From NCBI GenBank assembly GCA_965261595.1, contig CBDHDG010000007.1, positions 640,001 to 704,000 of the forward strand: 64,000 bases of DNA. Direction: 5' to 3'. A model generated the notes under the pieces. The model made no database searches. It was not told where the DNA came from and saw only the letters and a list, made by a program, of their open reading frames with translations. A program made the translations under genes and the position numbers. The DNA comes from a bacterium (GTDB lineage Bacteria > UBA8248 > JACPRG01 > G963555815). Positions 1 to 9,325 of the stretch are shown one piece after another (the first letter of the stretch is position 1; every line of letters begins with the position of its first letter).

Positions 1-1
1 A

Positions 2-949
2 TATGTCCCGGATTTCGTAACCCATCCGGGGGAAACCCTTCTAGAGGCTCTTCAGGCATTCGGTATGTCCCAAACGAAGCTTGCGAAGCTTACCGGTCGC
101 GAAAAGAAAACAATCAACGAGATCGTCAAAGGCAAGGCGTCCATAACTCCCGAAACAGCCCTGCAATTAGAAAGGGTCTTGGGGATTCCTACTGGCTTTT
201 GGATCGCTCGTGAGCGACTGTATCGGGAATCCCTAGATCCGAATGGGGAGGAGCAAGTGTTCGAAGGCGAGGAGGAACGGCCATCCATCATATGGAAGCT
301 GATCAACAAGCTGGCACCTGACTCCAAAAAGGTCGGCGAATGGGTTGCCGAACTGAAGCGCGAAAATCCAGACCTCTCTCGAGATGAGTTAGCCGAGTAT
401 ATTGGGGATCAAATCATTTGGGACTACACTAAGCAGGGTGCTGCACTCGCTATACCAGGAACGATTCCTGGACTCGGAACCCTTGTACAGATCGCAACAG
501 AAGCCGGAACAGGATCTTTAGACATCGCGCTCATGGTGCGGAACCAAGCCTATCTAGTCTTTGCCATTGGTCACTGTTTCGGAATCAAAGGAAGAGAAAT
601 TCTGATTCAAGACATCCTCATTTGTATTGGCCTCTGGACAAACGCGCTGGTTCTCAGCAAATCCGGCTTCGTGCGCATAGGCACCAAAGTTATCGAGGCA
701 AACTTTAAGAAGAGGTTTCCAGGCAAGATATTGCAAGCCATCAACAAAAAGGTGGGAACAACGGTTCTCACGAAGTATGGAACCAAACGAGGAGGTATTG
801 CAATCGGAAAGTTGATTCCTTTTGGCGGGGGTGTTGTTGTTGGCGGAGGTTTCAACTACATCATGATGAAGCGATTCAAAACAAGTTCCATAAAGTACTT
901 GCGTGGAAAAATTGAGAAAAGGCAATCACTGACGAAAGCTGACAGCTAG
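2..949 (+). CDS. HigA/XRE-type HTH fused to EcsC-like domain (5' end lies before the window)
   Basis: The frame is open from nt 2: YVPDFVTHPGETLLEAL..MSQTKLA..KKTINEIVKGKASITPETALQLERVLGIP..FW, a typical HigA antitoxin HTH. The C-terminal half (IPGTIPGLGT, LDIALM..Q..LVFAIGHCFG, GKLIPFGGGVVVGGGFN) is EcsC-like. Confidence 0.75.
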   Translation, partial: YVPDFVTHPGETLLEALQAFGMSQTKLAKLTGREKKTINEIVKGKASITPETALQLERVLGIPTGFWIARERLYRESLDPNGEEQVFEGEEERPSIIWKLINKLAPDSKKVGEWVAELKRENPDLSRDELAEYIGDQIIWDYTKQGAALAIPGTIPGLGTLVQIATEAGTGSLDIALMVRNQAYLVFAIGHCFGIKGREILIQDILICIGLWTNALVLSKSGFVRIGTKVIEANFKKRFPGKILQAINKKVGTTVLTKYGTKRGGIAIGKLIPFGGGVVVGGGFNYIMMKRFKTSSIKYLRGKIEKRQSLTKADS

Positions 950-970
950 CAATTCGCTACAGCAGATCGT

Positions 971-1092
971 AAATGGGATCAGACACTATTTTCGCGCAAC
1001 CCAGATGCGGGCCAAGATCGTCAGGTGCCCTCGCGAATGTCTCTGGTCCAGTTCGGTAGATAGCATGAGGTCAGGTCTCACATTCCAACAAA
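971..1092 (+). mobile_element. Relic of a REP-associated tyrosine transposase (RAYT) C-terminus
   Basis: Reads NP(fs)MRAKIVRCPRECLWSS, matching the RAYT tail NPVRAG..P..Y.WSS. It lies between short GG(A/G)TCAG-type motifs at ~975 and ~1068. Confidence 0.4.
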
Positions 1093-2132
1093 TAAATGAT
1101 CCGCCTCTTGGTTCAGTTGTGTTTGACTCACCCGTCTCCCCGATTTGTGCCCTGGGTATCCCGACTCAAATCGGAATTGTGCGACTTACGCATGTGACGT
1201 TGGCCCCTTGGGACGACTCATTCATGCAGTAAACTCCGGGAGGCGGTTGGATGAATGAGATTCACTCCGGTGAAGATTCATCCCTGCTCTTGGAATGACA
1301 CATTGGGGCATTTGGAACCCCTCAAAATCGTTCTTCCGCAACCTGCTAGTGTATCGTCCTTTAAATAAGTTAGGCGATTGTAAAAGATATGACACCGGAT
1401 TAGGCTGGTGTCGTGGACCTGAAGAGCTTTGAAGTCCTTGTAAAATCGGAAGCTACAGCGAGACGCCATCTGCTCATGGCGTGTCAGAAAAACGGGCGTA
1501 AAATCTGCCCTCGTTGTGAGGGTCGAAAACGCTACGTTTTGGGCACGCGGGGGCGCTTTCGCTGCGCTGGGTGTCGGTACACCTTCGGGCCGTTCACGGG
1601 CCGCTGGCTGGGCCAACTTCGCCTCTCGGCCCGGCAGTGGCTTTGGGTGGTGAAGCTCTTTGAGCTGGAGGTCTCGGCCCGCAAGATGGCCCAGCAACTC
1701 GCCGTGAGCTATCCGACAGCGCTGCGGGCCGTGACGACGCTCAGGCGCAGTCTTGTGGCCGGCACGCCGGGGGGACAGGAGCTTCTTCGAGGGGAGGTGG
1801 AGGCGGACGAGGCCTACTTCGGGGGCAAGCGCAAGGGCAAGAGAGGCCGAGGCGCAGCGGGTAAAGTCCCTGTTTTCGGCATATTGGAGCGGGGCGGCCG
1901 GGTGAAGGTGGAGGCGGTCGGCAACGTCAAGGCCCAGACCCTTTTGGCCTCCACCGTGAAGTTGGTCCGTCGGGGCAGCGTGGTCTACACCGACCGCTAC
2001 CGGGTCTATGACGCCCTGATGTTCTGCGGCTATCGCCACTTGCGGGTGGATCATGATCGGCGCTTCTCCCCCGCTCTAGGGTTTTGTTGGACACTCGATT
2101 GATCCATGATTCATGGAGAAAGGGGTGTCGCG

Positions 2133-2519
2133 ATGAACGAACAAAAGCAAGAGGGGGCTTTGGCGGAGGGCGCCCGCAGGGCGAACGGAGCCAAGGCCCC
2201 AGGGCATCGCAGTGAGCGGGGTCGGTTCTCCTGCCAGCGCAAGCGGGAGGCGGTCCTGCGTCTTTTGCGGGGCGAGAGCCTGGAGACGCTCTGCCGCGAG
2301 TTGGGCACGACAGCGGCTCGGCTTTCCGCCTGGCGCGAGGCGTTCCTTCGCGGGGGCGAGGCGGCGCTCAAAGCCCGCCCGGCGGATGAGCGGGCCGAGG
2401 AGAACGCCCGGCTCAAGGCCAAGGTGGGCGAACTCACGATGGAGGGCGAGGTCCTGCGGGAGAAGATCGACCGCCTGGAGGCCGGCCGCCCTTTAGCCGG
2501 CAGGAGGTGGAGGCGATGA
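2133..2519 (+). CDS. IS3 OrfA (HTH + leucine zipper)
   Basis: RFS..RKREAVLRLLRGESLE.L.RELG...L..WR; ENARLKAKVGELTME.EVL. Confidence 0.88.
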   Translation: MNEQKQEGALAEGARRANGAKAPGHRSERGRFSCQRKREAVLRLLRGESLETLCRELGTTAARLSAWREAFLRGGEAALKARPADERAEENARLKAKVGELTMEGEVLREKIDRLEAGRPLAGRRWRR

Positions 2520-3424
2520 GTCAGGCCCGCTTCACCTCCACGGGCAGAGCCTACGGCCTGAAGCGGGTGTGCGCCCTTTGGGGCTTGGCGCGCTCCACGG
2601 TCTACGCGCAACGGCGGCGAGAGGCGGTCCCCGTTCATGAACGCCCCACGCCCAATAAGCGCGGCCCTGTGGGCCCGTGCACCGATGCGGAACTCCTCGG
2701 CCACATCCGGCAGGTCCTGGAGGACTCTCCCTTCCATGGCGAGGGCTACCGCAAGGTGTGGGCGAGGCTGCGCTTCGCGGGCATCCGCACCAGCAAGGAG
2801 CGGGTGCGTCGCCTGATGCGGGAGGCGGGGCTTCAGGCCCCCCACCGGGTGGGCAAACCCCGAGGTCCCAAGGCCCACAACGGGACCATCCGCACCGAGC
2901 GGCCCGACCGAATGTGGGGCACGGACATGACGACGACGGTGACCACCGAGGAGGGGGTGGCCTCGGTGTTCGTGGCGGTGGATCACTGCTCGGTGGACTG
3001 CGTGGGGATCCATGCGGCCAAGAGCGGCAACCGCTTCGAGGCCCTGGAGCCGATCCGGCAGGGGGTCGCCGAGCGCTTCGCCGGCTTGGAGGCGGACGTC
3101 GCCGAGGGGCTTAAAGTTCGTCACGACCACGGCCCCGCCTATCTGTCCGATGACTTTCAGCGGGAGATCACCTACCTGGGCATGACCAGTTCGCCCAGCT
3201 TCGTGCGGGCGCCCGAGGGAAATGGCTACTGTGAGTGGTTTATCCGCATCTTGAAGGAGAATCTCCTGTGGGTGCGCTCTTTCGCCACCGTAGAGGAACT
3301 GCGGTGGGCGCTGCTTGAGTTCAAGAACCTGTACAACCATCATTGGATTCTCGAGGGCTACGGCTACCGAACGCCGGCCCAGGCAAGGCAGGAAAAACTC
3401 GCTCAAGTTGCGGAGGCCGCATGA
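2516..3424 (+). CDS. IS3 OrfB (rve DDE)
   Basis: GYRKVWARL, WGTD, RHDHG, PEGNGYCE; ATGA overlap with the orfA stop. Confidence 0.9.
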   Translation: MSQARFTSTGRAYGLKRVCALWGLARSTVYAQRRREAVPVHERPTPNKRGPVGPCTDAELLGHIRQVLEDSPFHGEGYRKVWARLRFAGIRTSKERVRRLMREAGLQAPHRVGKPRGPKAHNGTIRTERPDRMWGTDMTTTVTTEEGVASVFVAVDHCSVDCVGIHAAKSGNRFEALEPIRQGVAERFAGLEADVAEGLKVRHDHGPAYLSDDFQREITYLGMTSSPSFVRAPEGNGYCEWFIRILKENLLWVRSFATVEELRWALLEFKNLYNHHWILEGYGYRTPAQARQEKLAQVAEAA

Positions 3425-3732
3425 GGTCGAATACCCTCACCCGAGTGTCCAATAACCCAGGGGCGGTCCACTTCAGTCGGGGCAAAGTGCACATCAACGG
3501 CCTGGAAGGCTTTTGGGCCTACGCCAAGGAGAGGCTCATCAAACATCATGGGGTGTCCAAAGAGCGGTTCCCCCTCTACCTGAAGGAGATGGAATTCCGT
3601 TACAATCACCGACACCAGGATCTCTTTCCCCTGGTGGTCCAACATCTCACTCAATTAGTGTCAAAACCTTTATAATTCCCATAAGTTATTTAAGTATACG
3701 GCCCAATCTGGTATCTTCCCCTCGAAAGGAGG

Positions 3733-4700
3733 ATGCCCATGCGACTCGGACGACCCATGCCCCCGGTGGACCTGACGGACGGACAGCGCGAACAACTTCA
3801 GGCCCTGGGCGCCTCCCGCCCCTTCCCTCACGGCCTGGTGAGGCGGGCGCGGATTGTGCTCCTGGCCGCCCGCGCTCGATCTCCGATGAACGGGTCGCCG
3901 AGGCGGACCGAAAGACCCTGAAGACCAAGCCGCCCGACGGCACCCATTGGAGCTGCCGCACCCTGGCCGAGGCGACTGGCCTTTCCAAATCCACGGTCAA
4001 TCGCATCTGGCGGGCCTTCGCCCTTCAGCCCCATCGCCAAAAGCATTTCAAGCTCTCCACCGACCCCTTCTTTGTCGAGAAGGTCCGCGACATCGTGAGG
4101 CTCTACCTCAATCCGCCCGACAAGGCGCTGGTCTTGTGCGTGGACGAAAAAAGCCAGATCCAGGCCCTGGACCGCACCCAGCCCCTTTTGCCCCTGGGTC
4201 TGGGCTATGTCGAGGGCGTGACGCACGACTATGTTCGCAACGGCATCACGACGCTGTTCGTGGCGCTGGACATCGCCACCGGAGAGGTGCTCGGGCAATG
4301 CAAACGCCGTCATCGTCACCAGGAATTCCTTGCGTTCCTGCGCCACATCGACGCCAACGTCCCTGCGGATTTAGCGCTCCACCTCATTGTGGACAACTAC
4401 GCCACGCACAAGCACGCCAAGGTGCGAGCGTGGCTGGCGGCGCGCCCGCGCTATCATGTGCACTACGCGCCCACCTACGCCTCGTGGCTGAATCAGGTGG
4501 AGATTTGGTTTGACCTCATCACCCAACGGGTCATCCGCCGCGGGACGTTTCGGAGTGTGAAGGACTTGGTTGACAACATTGAAGCGTTTGTCCAACAGTA
4601 CAATGCGAAAGCCACTCCGTTTAGGTGGGTCGCCACGGCCGATTCGATCTTCGAGAAACTCGGACGACTTTGTAAATGTATTTCCGGGACGCGACACTAG
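3733..4700 (+). pseudogene. IS630 transposase with internal deletion/frameshift
   Basis: The N-terminus ..RRARIVLLAA switches frame at CCTGGCCGCC (~3861-3870) into PGRPRSI... The rest carries LCVDEKSQIQAL, IVDNYATHK and SWLNQVEIWF. The first HTH is missing. Confidence 0.85.
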
Positions 4701-4954
4701 AATTGCGTAAGCGATGAACCAGCCTCCATCCATTAGGGATCCGTCCATTCCACCAAAACCCTCTGCTCCAGGGATAGAAGACCCCCGTCCATCAATACGA
4801 ATCGGGGCGGTATATGACCCCCGGTGTTATGCGATTGAGGACCCCTGGAGGAAGTGCTAGGATCGCCATGCGCATTATTCGTGGCGGTGCCGTCGCACAC
4901 GCCTCCAGGGGGTTCTGTCTGTTGGAAGGCCAATCTTCAGCCAAACCCCCGCAT

Positions 4955-5005
4955 TGTTCAATATATTGAACAGACTGTCAAGCGGGAATTTCACGATATT
5001 GGACA
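4955..5005. promoter_or_regulatory. Two candidate repressor operators overlapping a leftward sigma70 promoter
   Basis: Perfect 18-bp palindrome TGTTCAATATATTGAACA (4955-4972) and a 13/18 match ATTTCACGATATTGGACA (4988-5005). Minus-strand TTGACA (4976-4981)-17 nt-AACAAT. Confidence 0.6.
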
Positions 5006-5469
5006 GAGAATTTGTTAACCGATTGCGGATGGTAGCGGGTCAAAGATCCGTTCGTGAGGTTGGTAAGGCGGTCCAACGGCCCTATACGACCATCCACAGC
5101 TATTTGAAGGAGGAGCGCGAGCCACCCGCGTCTTTCATCGCCGACTTCTGCCGGGCGTTTGAGATTTCAGAGCACTGGCTCTTAACAGGCGAGGGCCCAA
5201 TGCAGCAGGTCGGTGTAAAGTCCTCCGAAGAACTGAATACCCCTGTCGCCAGGGAGGCCACACGGTCGTACAAGGCCGGCACAGGTCGAGATCTCAACGA
5301 ACTCTTTGACCGCCAGATGGGAATCCTGAAGCACATCCGGTCTATGGGAAAAGAGGGCAGGGAATTCGCCGATGTGGTCGCGGCCCTGATTCAGCTAAAG
5401 GAAAAGGACCTGAAGAAATACAGGGCGTTGATGACACTTTTCGACGTCGGGAAGAAATCCGTGAACTGA
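4999..5469 (+). CDS. Phage CI-like XRE repressor (no peptidase domain)
   Basis: F.NRLR..SVREVGKAV..YTTI.SYLKEEREP...I..FC.AFEISEHWLLTGEGPM. Start is TTG 4999 or 4954. Confidence 0.75.
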   Translation: MDREFVNRLRMVAGQRSVREVGKAVQRPYTTIHSYLKEEREPPASFIADFCRAFEISEHWLLTGEGPMQQVGVKSSEELNTPVAREATRSYKAGTGRDLNELFDRQMGILKHIRSMGKEGREFADVVAALIQLKEKDLKKYRALMTLFDVGKKSVN

Positions 5470-5707
5470 CAGCAGCCACGCCCACACGGACTCCCCCTTG
5501 AATAAGCAACCGCCCCTCGACATTTTCAGCCCGGGCCCGCCGCCTAAACACACAGAATCTCATTTCCCAACCCCTTATTTTTCCGCTTCTCCTGAAATCC
5601 ACTTCCCCCCCCTTTCCTGGCCGGGAAGAAAAGAGGGCGCCGCGTTGACGCGCTTTGACCTGCGTGCTATGAGGGTGCGGCCTATTCCAACTTGAGGGGA
5701 ATCCGTC

Positions 5708-6088
5708 TTGCAAAAAGAGGTGATTCACTCCGCCAAAGTCCCCCCCGCGAAGGTCCCCCTCTCCCAGGGCGTCAAGCTGGGGGACATGGTCTATTGCTCC
5801 GGACAGTTGGGCAACGACCCGGCGACCGGACAGCTCGTTCCGGGCGGCATCGGCCCGGAGACGCGGCAGGTGTGTGAAAACCTGAAGGCCGTCCTCGAAG
5901 CTGCGGGATCTTCGCTCGACAAGGCCGTCAAGGTGACCATCTTCCTGGCGGACCTGAGCGAGATGATCGAGATGAACAACGTCTTCAACGAATATTTCCC
6001 GAAGGACCCGCCCGCGCGGACGACCCTGGCCGTGAAGGACCTCATCGGCGGCGCGCGTCTCGAAATCGAGCTGACGGCGCCTCTGTAG
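5708..6088 (+). CDS. RidA/YjgF family enamine deaminase
   Basis: SQGVK.GD.VYCSGQL, NLKAVLEAAGSSL..AVKVTIFL, PPART, LEIE. Confidence 0.92.
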   Translation: MQKEVIHSAKVPPAKVPLSQGVKLGDMVYCSGQLGNDPATGQLVPGGIGPETRQVCENLKAVLEAAGSSLDKAVKVTIFLADLSEMIEMNNVFNEYFPKDPPARTTLAVKDLIGGARLEIELTAPL

Positions 6089-6125
6089 CGCCGTCACCCG
6101 TTGAAAAAGCGCGTGGGAGTCTCCG

Positions 6126-6834
6126 ATGGCCGAGAAGAACGGCTTGGCGTGTTTCTTCAAAAACCAAGTTGCGCATTGGGCTTTGCTTCTCGTGTTGTTG
6201 GGGATTACGTGGGCCGTCCGCTCACAGATGGAAGCGGGGGATTCCGGCTTTCTTGGTCTAAGCGTCCGGTTCTGGTTTCTCCTCTCCCTGGGCGTCCCGA
6301 TTCTGCATCAGGTTTTCATCTGGGGGGTTTGGAGAGCGGAGCTTTGTTATTCGGCCGTGACCGGGACGTTCGGAACAAAGGGATTCGAGTGCTACGCGAT
6401 CCTTTTCTCTATCCTCGGCATCTCACGGGTCCTCGCGGTTCTCGGCTTGGGGATCGCCGACTTTCAAAGCCTGGGCCCTGCCCCCCGCCCTCACGGTCGC
6501 GCTCTTGGTCCTGCTCACGCCGCCGGCGGCGTACCTGGGTTTTTCCGTCGCGAAATACTTCGGGGCTCGGCGGGCGTTCGGGATCGACCACTTCGACGCG
6601 GCCTATCGAAACAAACCGCTCGAGAAGCGGGGGATCTTCAAATACACCCGAAACGGCATGTACTGGTACGGATTCCTCATCTTCTGGGTCATGGCGATCG
6701 CTTGCAATTCCCGCTTGGCCCTTCTGCTGGCATTTTTCAACCACGCTTACATTTGGGTCCATTATCACTGTACGGAGAAGCCCGATCTGCGAATCCTCTA
6801 CGGCAATCGCCGAACCGCTTCCAATGAAACCTGA
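6126..6834 (+). pseudogene. PEMT/ICMT-like membrane methyltransferase, frameshifted
   Basis: The N-half (ILHQVFIWGVWRAEL) and C-half (YFG.RRAFGIDHFD..YR..PL.KRGIFKYTRNGMY..HY.CTEKPD) are in different frames. The shift lies near the C-runs at 6481-6490. Confidence 0.7.
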
Positions 6835-6855
6835 ACCCCAAAAGGTCCGATTGAA

Positions 6856-7353
6856 ATGAGCCAATCCGTCGTGGGTGTCGTCATGGGCAGCGACAGCGAC
6901 CATCCGGTCATGTCGGAGGCCCTTTCCGTTCTGGACGAGCTCGGAATCCCTTACGAATTCCTGGTCGCCTCGGCCCACCGGACGCCGGACCGGGTCAGGG
7001 AGTACGTCCGCAAGGCCGAAGCCGGGGGGACGAAGGTCTTCATCGCGGGAGCGGGCGGCGCCGCGCACCTGGCGGGCGTCATCGCGGCGGAGACCCTCCG
7101 TCCCGTCATCGGCGTGCCGCTGGACAGCGCCCTGGGCGGGATCGATTCGGTCCTCTCAACGGTTCAGATGCCCAAGGGCGTCCCCGTCGCGACGATGTCC
7201 ATCGGCCGGGCCGGGGCGCAGAACGCCGCTCTCCTGGCCGCGGCGATCCTCGCCCTGAGCGACGCCGACCTCGCCGCCCGCCTGAAGGCCCGCCGCGAGC
7301 GGACGGCCGCCGAGGTTACGGAGAAATCGAAACGCGTCGGGGGTCTCGGGTGA
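6856..7353 (+). CDS. purE: N5-CAIR mutase
   Basis: VMGSDSD, SAHRTP, AGAGGAAHLAG, STVQMPKGVPVAT. Confidence 0.97.
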   Translation: MSQSVVGVVMGSDSDHPVMSEALSVLDELGIPYEFLVASAHRTPDRVREYVRKAEAGGTKVFIAGAGGAAHLAGVIAAETLRPVIGVPLDSALGGIDSVLSTVQMPKGVPVATMSIGRAGAQNAALLAAAILALSDADLAARLKARRERTAAEVTEKSKRVGGLG

Positions 7354-7985
7354 CCGTCCGCCGGTTGTCCGCCGATCCCGCAGGCCCCGATGGCCCGGCC
7401 CTGGAAGAAGCGGCGCGGATCATCCGCGGCGGAGGGCTCGTCGCCGTCCCCACTGAAACCTTCTACGCCCTGGCCGCCGACGGCCTCGACCGCGAAGCCG
7501 TCGCGCGTGCCCTGTCGGCGAAGGGGCGGGAGGAGCGGAAACCCACGGGACTGCTGTTGAGCGGCGTTGAGATGTTGGAACGGGTGGCTGAAAATATCCC
7601 GGACGCGGCCCGAATCCTCATGAAACGCTTCTGGCCGGGGCCGCTCAGCCTGATTTTTCCCGGCCGGCCGGACCTCCCGTCCGGCGTGCTGGGGGAGGGC
7701 CGCGGCGTCAGCGCGCGCGCGCCCGGATCGGCGGTGGCCCTGGAAGTCGTGAGGCTCGCCGGACGCCCGGTGACGGCGACGAGCGCCAACCGGGCGGGGG
7801 AAAATCCGCCGAGGACGGCGGATGACGTCGAACAGAGTCTTGGAGACCTTCTGGACGCCGTCCTCGACGGGGGGGAGACGCCCGGCGGCTCGCCCTCTAC
7901 GCTTGTGGATGTTCGGGGGGAAAAACCCATCCTCATCCGGGAAGGGGAGATCCCCTGGGAAGCGGTGATCTCCTCTTTGCGGTAA
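7350..7985 (+). CDS. tsaC: L-threonylcarbamoyladenylate synthase (Sua5/YrdC)
   Basis: VPTETFYAL, KGR...KP, FWPGPLSL, TATSAN, PSTLVD. Confidence 0.93.
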   Translation: MTVRRLSADPAGPDGPALEEAARIIRGGGLVAVPTETFYALAADGLDREAVARALSAKGREERKPTGLLLSGVEMLERVAENIPDAARILMKRFWPGPLSLIFPGRPDLPSGVLGEGRGVSARAPGSAVALEVVRLAGRPVTATSANRAGENPPRTADDVEQSLGDLLDAVLDGGETPGGSPSTLVDVRGEKPILIREGEIPWEAVISSLR

Positions 7986-8043
7986 GGCGGCTTCCCGGGC
8001 CGTGATAAAATAACTGTTTTTGCACCCACACCGAGGAGCGTCG

Positions 8044-9180
8044 ATGTCCAAGTACAAACACATACACGGAACGTCCAAGAATGTCCGCCGCGTCGGGCGG
8101 ATCGACATTCCGGGGGGCGGGCAGGTGACCGTCGTCGACAAGCGGGCCTACATCGGCCACATGGGGGCGCCGCACGGGACGACGCTCCTGGACGTCTCGG
8201 ACCCCAAGAACATCCGCACGCTCTCGCATGTCGAGATCCCCGAAGGCGTCCACACCCACAAGGTTCGCGCGCACGGCGACATCATGGTGACCAACGTCGA
8301 GCGGTACGGGAAGGGAAGCACGGCCCAGGGCGGATTAAAGATCTACGATGTCTCCAACCCCGCGAAGCCTCAGGAAATCGCCTTCTTCCACGCGACGGAG
8401 GGCGGCGTCCACCGGTTCGACTTCGACGGACGGTATGTTTACTTCTCCCCTTTCATGGAGGGCTACCGGGGGAACATCGTCCTGATCGCCGATCTCAACA
8501 AGCCGGAGAAGCCGGAGGAGGTGGGCCGGTGGTGGCTGCCGGGCCAGTGGACCGCCGGGGGGGAAACACCCGATTGGGAGGGCACGCGCCACAAGTGCCA
8601 TCACCCCCTCAAGATGGGCGACCGGCTCTACGTCAGTTATTGGCTCGGCGGATTCGTCATCCTGGATATTTCGGACATGACCCGGCCCCAAATGTTGAGC
8701 CACGTCGACTGGAGCCCGCCCTACCCCTGTCCGACGCACACGGCGCTGCCCATCCCCCACGAGATCCGGGGCCGGAAGTTCATGGCGGCCACGGACGAGG
8801 ACGTGGGGGACCGGCTGGCCTCCAAGCCCAACGGCTGGTTCTGGATGGTGGACATCACCGATGAGACGAACCCCGTCCCCGTCTCCACCTGGTCCTATCC
8901 CCAGGACCACGACTTCGACCCGAACGAATGGTTCGGCGCGCATCAGCCCCAGGAGCAGGTCTACGACCACAACCTCCTGTCCCTGACCTGGTTCGCCGGA
9001 GGAATGCGCCTCCTGGACATCAGCAACCCGTACCGCCCCGAAGAAGTCGGCCATTTCGTCCCCAAGCCCGGCAAGGGCCAGACGATGGTCCAGAGCAACG
9101 ACGTCTTCATGGACTCGGACGGATTGATCTATCTGCTGGATCGGTTCGACGGGTTGGAGATTCTGGAATACACAGGCTGA
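8044..9180 (+). CDS. LVIVD-repeat beta-propeller protein
   Basis: Repeated LLDVSDP/IYDVSNP/ILDISD/LLDISNP units; His motifs HTHK, PTHT, GAHQ. Confidence 0.85.
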   Translation: MSKYKHIHGTSKNVRRVGRIDIPGGGQVTVVDKRAYIGHMGAPHGTTLLDVSDPKNIRTLSHVEIPEGVHTHKVRAHGDIMVTNVERYGKGSTAQGGLKIYDVSNPAKPQEIAFFHATEGGVHRFDFDGRYVYFSPFMEGYRGNIVLIADLNKPEKPEEVGRWWLPGQWTAGGETPDWEGTRHKCHHPLKMGDRLYVSYWLGGFVILDISDMTRPQMLSHVDWSPPYPCPTHTALPIPHEIRGRKFMAATDEDVGDRLASKPNGWFWMVDITDETNPVPVSTWSYPQDHDFDPNEWFGAHQPQEQVYDHNLLSLTWFAGGMRLLDISNPYRPEEVGHFVPKPGKGQTMVQSNDVFMDSDGLIYLLDRFDGLEILEYTG

Positions 9181-9325
9181 CCCCGGCGCGGCCGGCCGGC
9201 GGGGCGCTTGCTCCGGAGAATCCCATTTCTCCGGAAACCACCGAGAAAACCCTTTGGATCGCTGAAGAACAGAAGCCTGATCCCGGATTCGGCGGGCGGC
9301 GTCGAACCATGCGCGGAAAAAACGC

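Larger units (their letters stand above)
2067..3470 (+). mobile_element. IS3-family element, copy 1 (1404 bp)
   Basis: orfA/orfB pair; IRs TCCCCCGCTCTAGGGTTTTGTTGGACACTCG / TGGACCGCCCCTGGGTTATTGGACACTCG; 4-bp TSD CTTC (2063-2066, 3471-3474). Confidence 0.93.
1413..3675 (+). pseudogene. IS1595-family transposase split by IS3 copy 1
   Basis: Zn ribbon CPRC..C.GC, VEADEAYFGG and VYTD.Y..Y end at ..DHDRRFS. The protein resumes at 3471 as FSRGKVHINGLEGFW..KEMEFRYNHR. Confidence 0.9.
1373..3680 (+). mobile_element. IS1595-family element inserted at the left end of the IS630
   Basis: 8-bp direct repeat ATAAGTTA at 1365-1372 and 3681-3688. IRs GGCGATTGTAAAAGATATGACAC / GGGAATTATAAAGGTTTTGACAC. Confidence 0.9.
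1347..4699 (+). mobile_element. IS630-family element (outer layer of a nest)
   Basis: CTAG at both ends (1346-1349, 4697-4700), consistent with a TA duplication. Imperfect IRs: TAGTGTatCGTCCtttAAATA vs revcomp TAGTGTcgCGTCCcggAAATA. DDE transposase at 3733-4700. Confidence 0.85.
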
